A stretch of 64,000 nt of DNA. Source: Nitrospirota bacterium (GTDB lineage Bacteria > Nitrospirota > UBA9217). The notes beneath the pieces are model-generated. The model did not search any database, was not told the origin of the DNA, and saw nothing but the letters and a program-made list of their open reading frames with translations. This document shows positions 32,411 through 42,087 of the stretch, piece after piece (position 1 is the stretch's first letter; each line of letters begins with the position of its first letter). The position numbers were made by a program, and so were the translations under genes. The stretch lies in assembly GCA_963749655.1 (NCBI GenBank), contig CAVVOB010000013.1:32001-96000 (forward strand). The letters are read 5' to 3'.

Positions 32411-35400
32411 ATGAATATGAATAAACTGGGTAAGTTTGAATGCTTACTTGTATTCTGCGTGTTGACGACGTTGATATTCGCTCTCACGAGTCAAGCGGGA
32501 ACCAGCAGCAAAGCGGGTCCAGGTCGTGCGGTACTGAAATCGCAGGGATCTGGTGGTGGCGGAGGGGATGAAATGGGCGGCAGCGGGACTGTGTCCCCGG
32601 ACCTCTTCACCGGCACAATGAGCTACAGTATCCCCATCGAAGTTGCTCCTGGGCGCAAGGGTATGCAACCGAATCTAGCACTGACATACAGAAGCAGCAG
32701 CGGCAATGGATGGCTCGGCGTCGGCTGGGATCTGGACATTGGTGCAATAGAGAGGAGCACTCGTGATGGCGTTGACTATCTTGCCGATGACTATGTTCTC
32801 CGACTGGCGGGGTCATCCATAGAGCTTGTCAACATAGGCAGCAACATATATCAAGCAAAGATCGAAGGTTCTTTTTTGCGCATTAAGAAGAACGCCAATA
32901 GCTGGGAAGTGACAGATAAAGTCGGAAGGAAATATTATTTCGGCCAGACCAACCGACAGTTTGACCCAGATGACTCAAGCAAAGTTTTCAGATGGTGCCT
33001 TGACCAATTCGTTGACACCAGTGGGAATTCCGTGGAGTTTCATTATTGGAGACACCAGAACCAGCTTTATATTGACTATATTGACTACACCCACAGCACT
33101 TCATCGGCTCCGGGAAAGACTTTGAATCTCGTAAAATTTTACTGGGAAGAACGTCTTGATGCGCCAGGAACGTATGCCACAAATTTTTATGTAGAAACAG
33201 CGTACCGGCTTAAAACTGTCGATGTGTGGGGTGGTGGGACGCGGCTGCGGACATATAAACTGGACTATGCTCCTCTGGGAAGCACGGTAACAGGAAGATC
33301 CCTCCTGTCCAGCGTTCAACAGTTTGGTGCGGATGCAAATGTTAATGCCGGAGAAATCACGAACGCATCATCGGCGAGTAAACTTCCCGCATACAGTTTT
33401 ATCCAAAATAACAGCAATATCTCCGGTTACGGCATTAATAGGCAAGGGCCGCCGCTGTCCTTGGGAGGAAGCGATTTTTATGCCAAATTTGATCTTGCCA
33501 GGCTACGGATCGGCGATTTTAATGGCGACGGATTGACTGATTTTGCATGGATAGACGGATGGAGTTCTGCTCCGCCGATGACTATATACTATACAAAGCC
33601 GGACGGTACCGGGTATGATCTGGTATCGGGGCCGTCAATGAGTGTAAATGGAAATTTCGAATGGGGCGGAGTAGATATCGCAAGGGTCATTGTCGGAGAC
33701 TTCAACGGAGACGGTAAGACAGATATTGCCAGAATTAACAGCCAGGGTACGACAGATTACATGAGCATCTATTACGCAAGATCTGATGGAAGAGGATTTG
33801 TAGAACCTGCAGTTTATGGCCCTCCAGTTTGGGTGATCAACGATTCTAGCGGCGCTGCCGTCGATGTGGCAAGAATAAAACTCGGCGATTTCAACGGCGA
33901 CGGCAAGACTGATATCGCCCGAATCCCGGGATGGGGTTCAGGCAACCCTTCGGAATTGATTGTTTATTATGCAAATACAAATGGCATTGGTTTTACTCAG
34001 TCGCCGGTTTCGGGTCCTTCACTGGGGGTCACTAACGACAATGAGGGCGCGTTGCTGGACATCTCCCGCGTTATCATTGCAGATTTCAATGGTGACGGGA
34101 AGGATGATGTCGCCTATATAAATGGTTACGATTCGACGGCACATGCGATGAGCATCTATTATGCTAACGCTAATACACCCGGATTCACTGCCGCGTTTCC
34201 AGGGCCTCCAGTGACTGTGTATAATACGCTTCCACCGCGAGCTTCATATGATATCTCAAGAGTAAAGATCGGTGATTTTAACGGCGACGGTAAAGTCGAT
34301 ATCGCAATTGTGAACGGTTGGGACACGACTGAAGCGATGACCATCTATCTGTCGAAAGGTTTTGGTTTTGCCGCCCCTATTGCAGGGCCTGCTTTTACCG
34401 TGAGTTCCTACTTCGGCGGTGCCTATGTGGATGGCATTACACGAGTGTTGATAGCTGACTTCAACGGCGACGGGATGAGCGATATCGCACACTTAGAGGG
34501 ACAAAGCAGCGACGCTCCGCTAGCGATCTATTATTCGACCGGGCACGGGTTCCTCAGTACACCCTTTTATGGACCGACATTGCCTACAGCATTTGGGGAT
34601 GGGCTTGACGCCATGAGGCTCAAGATCGGAAATTTTAACGGAGATCGTCTGGCCGATATAGTTCGTGTTAGCTCATTTGGCAATTCCCAACCGGTGGACA
34701 TGTATTTATCCTCCGGTGTGGAACCTGATCTTGTCAAGAATATCGTCACCCCCTTTGCAGGATCATTCGATATTGTATACAGGTCATCGGACTACTACGA
34801 CAATCTCTCTCTTCCCTTTATCTTGCAGACCGTCAGCGTTGTTAAGGCTTGTGATAATCCATCTTGCGATGGGACTTCATCGACAACCCGCTATTCATAT
34901 TCAGGTGGATTTTTTCATATCGGCTCAAGTGAGCTCCGGGGGTTCAATTCAGTTGAAATGACCGGGCCGGCCGGTCCACAGAATGAACAGCTGATAACCA
35001 AAACCTGGTTTCATCAAGGAAACGAGACGGCAGTTGTTGACGTGGATGACCCCCTTGGCATAGAAGGGTATATGAAAGGGAAGCCTTACCGCACAATAGT
35101 AACTAACGAACAGGGCACCAAACTTTCAGAAGTAACAACAGCCTACTCCGAAGATTCCTCGGAGCCCTATTTCAATCCGCCTTTTCAGGTCGATTCGTAC
35201 GTCTGTAACGGCGCTTGCGGCATTCATACCAGAATGACCTATAGCTATGACAGCTATGGCAATGCGACCCTGGAGAACTTCTATGATGTTGCAACGAATT
35301 CGACGCCTTATCGCTTCGTGCAAAGATCATTCACTAGTAATGATAGTGATTGGATCGTGGGCTTGCCCTTAACCGAAAATATTTTCAGCGGCGCAACAGG

Positions 35401-38400
35401 CACTAAAATCTCCGGTGTTGAATATTATTATGATGGCGGCACGAACTGCACTTCATATCCCCATTATACGGATCCGACAAAGGGCAATCTTACAAGCGTC
35501 GTCAAGTGGAATAACATGGGCGATAGTCCGGAAACACTTATGGCATATGACGAATATGGCAACGTTTCCTGTACCCGCGATGCAAATGAAAACACCCCGT
35601 CAACTGTGTCTTATGATGGTACGTTTACGTTCCCGAGAGTTGCGACAAATCCGCTTGGTCACCAGACGATCACGGAGTATTACGGCGTGGATGATGTCCC
35701 CGCTGACAATGGGCTATACGGTCAGGTGAAGAGCGTTATAGACCCGAACCTTCAAATTACGACAATGGTATATGATTCTCTTGGACGAAAATCCAGTGTA
35801 ACCACACCCGATGGGTCCTGGACGAGCTGGGAATACAACAACTTCGGAGATCCGGTTAATCAACACATCAAGCGAACCAGTAAGGACACCAACACACAGG
35901 ATAACAACGGGGGCCTAGTTTCCTTGACCTATTTCGACGGGCTGGGACGGACGTACCTTAAGAAGACGGATGGACCGAGTAATAAGATAATTGTGACGGA
36001 CACGGTATACAATGCCACGGGTACGGTTAATGAAACATCCCTGCCGCATTTTGAGAACGACTCTTCAGATGGGGCACGCTATATTACCTACAAGTATGAT
36101 GCGCAAGGCCGGGTTACGGAGGTTACAAATTCCGACCAGACTAAAATCAAGACATGTTATGACACCGGCGTGAGCGCGGGAATTGACGCAAACGGACATA
36201 AGAAAGTTGAACGGCGGGATTCCCTTGGGCGTCTTATACAAGTGGAGGAATACAGGGACACTTATGCCTCATGTTCGACAACCGACGGAACAATCTACGC
36301 AACCACGATATATCAATATAGTGAAATGGGAAACTTAACCACCGTTATCGATGCGTCCAACAATCACAGCATAATGACATATGACAGCTTGGGAAGAAAA
36401 AGATCAATGCAGGATCCTGATATGGGGTACTGGACCTATACTTACTATCCGAATGGTAATTTGTTGACTCAGACCGATCCAGACGGCGAGGCAAAGAAGA
36501 TCACGTTTTACTATGATGCGCTCAACAGGGTAACGCGTAAAGATTATGCCGATTCTTTAATGAGCGACGTGATCTATTCCTACGACGAGACGGAGAATTC
36601 CAAAGGAAGATTGACAACAATGGCAGATGGATCGGGGTTCACGAAGTATTATTACGATGCCATGGGCAGGACCAAAACGGTCACGCAAAATTTAAATAAT
36701 AACAATTACACAATTCAGTACGAGTACGATGACCTTGGCAGACTGAAAAAATTGACTTATCCGGATACGGATAATGATCCGAATAACGATATTGTTCAAT
36801 ATTCCTATGATACGGGCGGTAATCTTTACCAAGTATTCAGTCAAAGCACAAGCAGCGTTTACGCAGCCTATACTGACTACACCGCTCTCAGTCAGCCGAG
36901 GAATGTCGCATTCGCAAACGGCTTAGTAACGGATTACACATATACGTTGAGCAATAGTCGTCTCAATTCCATAGTAACCGGCAAGAGCGGCCAGCCGGCT
37001 CTACTTGACCTTACCTATGGTTATGACGATGTGGGTAATGTTACGACCATAACAGATAATGCGACGCGAGAGCATCAACCTGATCATAACTATGACGAGG
37101 TTGTGACATATTCTCATCTTACCGATGGTAATACACGTCCCCACGCCGTGTCGGCCTCAGAGGGGATTATTTATGGGTACGATTCCAGAGGAAACATGAC
37201 TTCTGACGGCATGAGGACAATCAACTACAACACAGACAACATGCCGACCTCAATGACGATAAATAACGTTTCGACAAATTTCACATACGACGGTGCCGGC
37301 GCCAGAGTAGCAAAAACCAAGTCTGGCTATACGCAGATATATATCGGCAAACTCTATACTTGCAACGCAGAAGAGTGCATGCAAAATATTTTTGCAGGCA
37401 GTACCAGGATTGCACAAAAGGTGGCGGGCACGGACAATATAATTTACTTTCATCCCGACCATCTCGGTAGTACCAGCATTGTAACTAATGCAACTGGTTC
37501 AGTTACCGAAAATATTCAGTACTTCCCCTTTGGAGAAACGCGGCAGGATTACGTCCCCTTGAATGGAGGCGACCCAACATCCTACAAATATACATCGCAG
37601 GAGTTTGATGCTGAGACCTCGCTTTACTATTACAACGCGCGGTATTATAATCCGGTGATGGGGAGGTTCATCAGCGCGGATACGATAGTACCTGATCCGC
37701 GAAATCCGCAGGCGTTTAATCGTTATAGCTATGTACAGAATAATCCGCTGAGGTATGTTGATCCTGAAGGGCATTTTTTAATGGCGCCAATTATCATAGG
37801 TCTCGCTATTGGTGCTGTAAGTGCTGGTGCCCAGAGTGATTGGAATGCCGATGCTATGGTCCGAGGGGCCGGTACAGGTGCGGTTTCCGGTCTAGTAGGC
37901 AGCTGGGGATACGGTTTAGTAGCGAATTCAATAGGGGGCATAGGGGGCGGAGCTTTAGGCGGCGCTATGTCTGGTTCGGTCAGCGCAGCTCTGAATGGCG
38001 GAAATTTGGGGCAAGCAGCGCTGTGGGGTGCTATAGGCGGTGCTGTCTTCTCAGGAATAGGAAAATCCGAGATGAATGGTTTTGGCAAAACGGTCACATC
38101 TGCAGCTGCAGGTGGCTTCCTAAGTGAGGCCTCCGGCGGCAGATTTGAAACGGGTTTCATCACTGCCGGAGCAGTCTCAGGCTTAGCTAATGCTGCGCTA
38201 TATATGCGTGAGCAGATGATAATATCATCATTACAAGATGATAGAAACTGGCATGGTGTAAGTGACGGTCTTTTTGGCGATCTATTTAAGCTGGCAGGCG
38301 GCCGCTGGGTTGAAGATCTTTTACCTCGACAGCAAGAATGTTCTAAGTTGGGTTGTCTCCAAGGTGGACCAGGTAAGTTGTTTGGAGTTCCATATGCACC

Positions 38401-38620
38401 AGGTTCTATGGAGGATCACCTCCTTGAGGTTTACGCAGGTCCTCATGATTACCTTAATTCTCGGTATTGGTATAATCCCAACACTGGAAATGCATATAAC
38501 TACACAGGGATCAAAGCCGCTGTAGGGGCTGTATTGAATTGGGGTAATGTTTTACTTGCAACACCATTCGCGGCTGCGTCTGTTACCCCGAGTTATATGT
38601 ATCCAATAATGTTTAAGTAA
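32411..38620 (+). CDS. SpvB/TcB-like + FG-GAP + Rhs polymorphic toxin
   Basis: Signal peptide; YSIPIEVAPGRKGMQPNLALTY..GWLGVGW; seven GDFNGDG repeats; YD repeats; DHLGS, YYYNARYYNP..GRFISAD, NPLRYVDPEG. Confidence 0.95.
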   Translation: MNMNKLGKFECLLVFCVLTTLIFALTSQAGTSSKAGPGRAVLKSQGSGGGGGDEMGGSGTVSPDLFTGTMSYSIPIEVAPGRKGMQPNLALTYRSSSGNGWLGVGWDLDIGAIERSTRDGVDYLADDYVLRLAGSSIELVNIGSNIYQAKIEGSFLRIKKNANSWEVTDKVGRKYYFGQTNRQFDPDDSSKVFRWCLDQFVDTSGNSVEFHYWRHQNQLYIDYIDYTHSTSSAPGKTLNLVKFYWEERLDAPGTYATNFYVETAYRLKTVDVWGGGTRLRTYKLDYAPLGSTVTGRSLLSSVQQFGADANVNAGEITNASSASKLPAYSFIQNNSNISGYGINRQGPPLSLGGSDFYAKFDLARLRIGDFNGDGLTDFAWIDGWSSAPPMTIYYTKPDGTGYDLVSGPSMSVNGNFEWGGVDIARVIVGDFNGDGKTDIARINSQGTTDYMSIYYARSDGRGFVEPAVYGPPVWVINDSSGAAVDVARIKLGDFNGDGKTDIARIPGWGSGNPSELIVYYANTNGIGFTQSPVSGPSLGVTNDNEGALLDISRVIIADFNGDGKDDVAYINGYDSTAHAMSIYYANANTPGFTAAFPGPPVTVYNTLPPRASYDISRVKIGDFNGDGKVDIAIVNGWDTTEAMTIYLSKGFGFAAPIAGPAFTVSSYFGGAYVDGITRVLIADFNGDGMSDIAHLEGQSSDAPLAIYYSTGHGFLSTPFYGPTLPTAFGDGLDAMRLKIGNFNGDRLADIVRVSSFGNSQPVDMYLSSGVEPDLVKNIVTPFAGSFDIVYRSSDYYDNLSLPFILQTVSVVKACDNPSCDGTSSTTRYSYSGGFFHIGSSELRGFNSVEMTGPAGPQNEQLITKTWFHQGNETAVVDVDDPLGIEGYMKGKPYRTIVTNEQGTKLSEVTTAYSEDSSEPYFNPPFQVDSYVCNGACGIHTRMTYSYDSYGNATLENFYDVATNSTPYRFVQRSFTSNDSDWIVGLPLTENIFSGATGTKISGVEYYYDGGTNCTSYPHYTDPTKGNLTSVVKWNNMGDSPETLMAYDEYGNVSCTRDANENTPSTVSYDGTFTFPRVATNPLGHQTITEYYGVDDVPADNGLYGQVKSVIDPNLQITTMVYDSLGRKSSVTTPDGSWTSWEYNNFGDPVNQHIKRTSKDTNTQDNNGGLVSLTYFDGLGRTYLKKTDGPSNKIIVTDTVYNATGTVNETSLPHFENDSSDGARYITYKYDAQGRVTEVTNSDQTKIKTCYDTGVSAGIDANGHKKVERRDSLGRLIQVEEYRDTYASCSTTDGTIYATTIYQYSEMGNLTTVIDASNNHSIMTYDSLGRKRSMQDPDMGYWTYTYYPNGNLLTQTDPDGEAKKITFYYDALNRVTRKDYADSLMSDVIYSYDETENSKGRLTTMADGSGFTKYYYDAMGRTKTVTQNLNNNNYTIQYEYDDLGRLKKLTYPDTDNDPNNDIVQYSYDTGGNLYQVFSQSTSSVYAAYTDYTALSQPRNVAFANGLVTDYTYTLSNSRLNSIVTGKSGQPALLDLTYGYDDVGNVTTITDNATREHQPDHNYDEVVTYSHLTDGNTRPHAVSASEGIIYGYDSRGNMTSDGMRTINYNTDNMPTSMTINNVSTNFTYDGAGARVAKTKSGYTQIYIGKLYTCNAEECMQNIFAGSTRIAQKVAGTDNIIYFHPDHLGSTSIVTNATGSVTENIQYFPFGETRQDYVPLNGGDPTSYKYTSQEFDAETSLYYYNARYYNPVMGRFISADTIVPDPRNPQAFNRYSYVQNNPLRYVDPEGHFLMAPIIIGLAIGAVSAGAQSDWNADAMVRGAGTGAVSGLVGSWGYGLVANSIGGIGGGALGGAMSGSVSAALNGGNLGQAALWGAIGGAVFSGIGKSEMNGFGKTVTSAAAGGFLSEASGGRFETGFITAGAVSGLANAALYMREQMIISSLQDDRNWHGVSDGLFGDLFKLAGGRWVEDLLPRQQECSKLGCLQGGPGKLFGVPYAPGSMEDHLLEVYAGPHDYLNSRYWYNPNTGNAYNYTGIKAAVGAVLNWGNVLLATPFAAASVTPSYMYPIMFK

Positions 38621-38656
38621 TCTTATGCCTTTAACGGCTAAAGAGGATATCTTGCT

Positions 38657-39271
38657 ATGATGAAAATTCTTGTAGCTTTTTTCTTATTATTAACATCTAC
38701 ATCTAGAACTTACGCAATTGAGGGGAGTGTACGTCCGCCGGAGATTTGGCGATTAGCACAAGCTCCGACAGGCACTGATTGTATCAACGTAGCGGGAACG
38801 TATTCCTTTTCGGGGGAAGGCGCACCAGGAATGGCTTTGAATTTTCGAGGGTTCCCCTATGCATTAGATGATATGCTCAATGTTTTGGTGCCCAGTCGGG
38901 AGAGAAATAATATATCGCATGTGGCTGTAGAGCAACGAGAAAAGTCAGAATTTTACGCTACTTTTTTTTCAACTTCGGGGTTGTCATATCAGGGAAAAAT
39001 TGAGCCATATGCTGTTCCGACATGCAAGGCGGACAGGGTAATTTTCGAGACAAAGAATATCGAAACAAAAGGAGAAGCTACCTCAGGTCACGCCAACATT
39101 ACAGCAATACTTTTTCGCGGAGACGATAATTCCTTAATAATCTATTTGTCGATTGAAAAAGTTAAGGGCTTGTTCTCATTTGGTAAAACGCATACTGAAG
39201 AATACTGGGCAAAGTTTAAGTCGATAAAGCCAAACGTCACTCAAGAGGAACCGAATGGGGTCAGACATTAG
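38657..39271 (+). CDS. Putative periplasmic immunity protein
   Basis: Directly after the Rhs C-terminus; AT-rich; signal peptide; two Cys. Confidence 0.55.
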   Translation: MMKILVAFFLLLTSTSRTYAIEGSVRPPEIWRLAQAPTGTDCINVAGTYSFSGEGAPGMALNFRGFPYALDDMLNVLVPSRERNNISHVAVEQREKSEFYATFFSTSGLSYQGKIEPYAVPTCKADRVIFETKNIETKGEATSGHANITAILFRGDDNSLIIYLSIEKVKGLFSFGKTHTEEYWAKFKSIKPNVTQEEPNGVRH

Positions 39272-40263
39272 AAATTAAGTTATTGATATCCTCTGTCCCT
39301 TTTGATAATCTCCCGTCATGGCGCGAAAACCCCGCATCGAATACGAGGGAGCATTCTATCACGTTATAACCCGTGGAAATCAGCGCCAGAAGATTTCTAA
39401 AGATACCGCTGATTATCAAAAATACCTCCAGTTCCTTACGATCTGCAAGAACCGTTACGGGTTCTATCTCCACGCCTACGTTCTCATGGGGAACCATGTC
39501 CATCTTCTGATTGAGACCCGGGCAAAGCCGCTGTCCAAGATACTCCAGAGCCTCAATCAACGCTATACCCTTTATTATAACCACAAGTACCGTACGGTCG
39601 GTCATCTGTTCCAGGGACGCTACAAGGCAATCCTGTGCGAAAAGGACGCTTATTTGCTGGCGTTGCTGCGCTATATCCAGAGGAATCCGCTCCGCGCTAA
39701 AATCGCCGACCGACTGGACCGCTATCCCTGGAGCAGTCATCATGCCTATACGGGCAAATCAAATCCCTTAAGCCTTGTCGATACAGACCAGGTGCTGCGG
39801 ATGTTCTCGGAGAAAAGACAGCGCACGAAACGTTTGTATCGGGAATTCATGCGGGAATCCCAGGATCTGACATCAGGAGAAGTCTATGCCGTCAAGGAGC
39901 AGAGAGTCCAGGGAAGCGATGCTTTCGTCGATCGGGTGCTTGCGGATCGGGAAGAGGAGGGATCTCCAAAAAAGAGGTCGCTCCCCCTCGATGCCATTGC
40001 CGAGGCTGCAGCACGCAGCGAAGGTGTCGAGAAAGAAGCGTTGCGGTCGAGGACGCGCGTCCGAAAAGTGACGAAAGCACGAAAGGTGTTCAGTCTTGTG
40101 GCACGAAACATGGGCCATGCCGTGAAGAACATAGCGGCATATCTTTCCGTGGATGGAGCAGCGATAAGTGGTTACGAACTGGACCGCGCAAAATTAGCAG
40201 GACAAGTCGTGAAAATAACAAAGCAGCTGGAGAAAACTTAGTTTCTGATGTCTGACCCCATTC
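39253..40263 (+). mobile_element. RAYT-type element bounded by 27-bp inverted repeats
   Basis: gaatggggtcagacattagaaattaag (39253-39279) / cttagtttctgatgtctgaccccattc (40237-40263); both mismatches are G.T. Confidence 0.85.
39318..40241 (+). CDS. REP-associated tyrosine (Y1 HUH) transposase with C-terminal HTH
   Basis: YHVITRGN, YVLMGNHVHLL (HUH), LFQGRYK, YIQRNP, YPWSS; DnaA-C-like tail. Confidence 0.92.
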   Translation: MARKPRIEYEGAFYHVITRGNQRQKISKDTADYQKYLQFLTICKNRYGFYLHAYVLMGNHVHLLIETRAKPLSKILQSLNQRYTLYYNHKYRTVGHLFQGRYKAILCEKDAYLLALLRYIQRNPLRAKIADRLDRYPWSSHHAYTGKSNPLSLVDTDQVLRMFSEKRQRTKRLYREFMRESQDLTSGEVYAVKEQRVQGSDAFVDRVLADREEEGSPKKRSLPLDAIAEAAARSEGVEKEALRSRTRVRKVTKARKVFSLVARNMGHAVKNIAAYLSVDGAAISGYELDRAKLAGQVVKITKQLEKT

Positions 40264-40283
40264 GTCTCCCTTCGTCTCCCTTC

Positions 40284-40400
40284 TGGAGCGGTGATCCGCG
40301 AGATGTGGATATCCTTCATGACTTGCTTCAACAGATAATAGACTTTTTGGATTTAGCATCAGACGCAGAAGATCTTGAATCTAGGAGGTGTGAATTATGA
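40284..40400 (+). pseudogene. Orphan 3' gene fragment (possible toxin tip)
   Basis: Open frame WSGDPRDVDILHDLLQQIIDFLDLASDAEDLESRRCEL*; its TGA overlaps the ATG of the next ORF. Confidence 0.45.
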
Positions 40401-40612
40401 CCATGTCAATCATATTTTTAATTTTTTTTGCTTTTATCGGGGTTGCATTCATATTTTTAGCGAAGAACAAAAGATTTAATGAAAGCATCGCTAAAACTCA
40501 TGGTGAGGCACATGCTAGGTGGACAAAAAAGACTTTGATCGTAACAGGATATGGTATTTTAATAGTGGCTGGTCTAAAATTTATATTGCTTTTCGGTTTA
40601 AGGGGCTTTTAA
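40397..40612 (+). CDS. Small two-TM membrane protein (possible orphan immunity protein)
   Basis: AGGAGGTG RBS; two hydrophobic helices; very AT-rich. Confidence 0.65.
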   Translation: MTMSIIFLIFFAFIGVAFIFLAKNKRFNESIAKTHGEAHARWTKKTLIVTGYGILIVAGLKFILLFGLRGF

Positions 40613-40696
40613 GCCATAAAGGCTGACGGTCAAAAAGGGTCGAAGGGATCGAATGGGTGACGGTGCCTTTTAATGGGTGACCCCAAACTAGGGATT

Positions 40697-40729
40697 AAAA
40701 AAGGAGGAACTCGTTTCGAGTTCCTCCTT
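40697..40729 (-). terminator. Rho-independent terminator
   Basis: Perfect aaggaggaactcg-ttt-cgagttcctcctt with A-run on the left. Confidence 0.8.
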
Positions 40730-40756
40730 GCATTTACAAATCTACTTCAGATCCAT

Positions 40757-41278
40757 TTACTGCCCTGGATACGCCGATGGCGAAGGATCGTAATAGCCGG
40801 GAGGAGGCGGGGGCGGGAGCCGCCGCTCTACACGCCTGACACGCACTCCGGGAACCACATTCCCCTTGGCATACATGCACTGCTGGTATGCGATATCGTA
40901 CCGGCGCTGCGCCTCCCACCCGTAATAATGACCTGCGTTCGCGCCCTCGGAAGTCCCGACCAGAAGCCCGGTGCCGGCGCCGATTGCAGCGCCTTCGCCG
41001 GCATGACCCGACGCTGCGCCGATGACCGCTCCGATCCCTGCGCCTACGATCGTCCCTATGGCGGCCCCTGACGCGACACTTTGATTGGCCGTTTCCTGAG
41101 GACTCATCCCGATCTGCTGCCGGGCCCACGATCTGCAGACCGCGTCCTCGGCCTGGAACACTTCAAATGGCTTTCCCTGGGTCGGCAGAACCATCACGCT
41201 CGGCCCTGTGGGAAGGGTCGCACATCCGCCTGCAAAAAGCATGGCCGCGAATGCCAGAATGCTGAATTTTGATTTCAT
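40757..41278 (-). CDS. Glycine-zipper lipoprotein
   Basis: Lipobox AGGC; GAAIG repeats; YQQCMYAKG; Pro-rich tail. Confidence 0.85.
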   Translation of the reverse strand: MKSKFSILAFAAMLFAGGCATLPTGPSVMVLPTQGKPFEVFQAEDAVCRSWARQQIGMSPQETANQSVASGAAIGTIVGAGIGAVIGAASGHAGEGAAIGAGTGLLVGTSEGANAGHYYGWEAQRRYDIAYQQCMYAKGNVVPGVRVRRVERRLPPPPPPGYYDPSPSAYPGQ

Positions 41279-41285
41279 GGCAGAT

Positions 41286-41672
41286 TTACTCCTTTCCCTG
41301 CGGCGGAGCAGGATTGGGCGTAGGCACAACCTTCATCCAGCCACCAGGGCATTGCTTAACGTAGGGATAGTACGTCTTGGAATCCGGACAATAGTACCAG
41401 TAATACTCCTCAGCCGGCTGAGTCTGCTGATCATAAACAGGCGCCTGTTCCTGGATCACCACGGGCGGCCGCGGTTCGTAGGGATAGCCCCACCCAGGGC
41501 CCCATCCCCATCCGGGACCCCATCCCCATCCCGGACCCCAACCCCAACCGGGGCCCCACCCCGGTCCGATAAAGATGCCCCCTCGTATTCCAATGTGATC
41601 CGCGAATACGGGAACAGCGAGCGCAAAAATCACCACCAAAACCACGAGGATAATATAAAGACTCTTTTTCAT
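41286..41672 (-). CDS. Secreted Gly/Trp/Pro-rich protein
   Basis: Signal peptide; GPGWGW repeats; YWYYC...YYPYVKQCPGGW. Confidence 0.8.
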   Translation of the reverse strand: MKKSLYIILVVLVVIFALAVPVFADHIGIRGGIFIGPGWGPGWGWGPGWGWGPGWGWGPGWGYPYEPRPPVVIQEQAPVYDQQTQPAEEYYWYYCPDSKTYYPYVKQCPGGWMKVVPTPNPAPPQGKE

Positions 41673-42087
41673 AGTTCATTCCCCCTTTATGATGCAACGT
41701 TTACAGCTTCGGGGTCCCAATGTCCAGTTTCCCGTGCTTTGTATTACTTTCGTCCGGAATCGATTTTCTCCTTTATTAAATCTTAGACAACTGCGAATGC
41801 AAAAAGTTGAATCAAGACGTTTTTCCCGAGCCCCTCGTTCCCCCCGGGGCGGCCCCGGATTTGTTAGAGGCTCTCTCGTACATCCGTATCTTTTCTTTTG
41901 TACAATTTTACCGCATCAGACCTCAGGTATACAAGGTAAAAGTACCCAACCGGGGACTTAGTTACCACAACGGTTTCCTGCGCAGGGATAAGATAGTAAG
42001 CACCACGGAAACGCTGAACAGCGGTTTCCAAAGAGAGGTTTTAAAACCATGACCATCATGGCCTCTCCATGGTACAATAGTCATGCA

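Noticed and set aside
33420-34720. Repeated DNA in the Rhs gene as a DGR template/variable pair
   Set aside because: These are protein-level FG-GAP repeats. No adenine-specific pair was noticed and there is no reverse transcriptase in the window.
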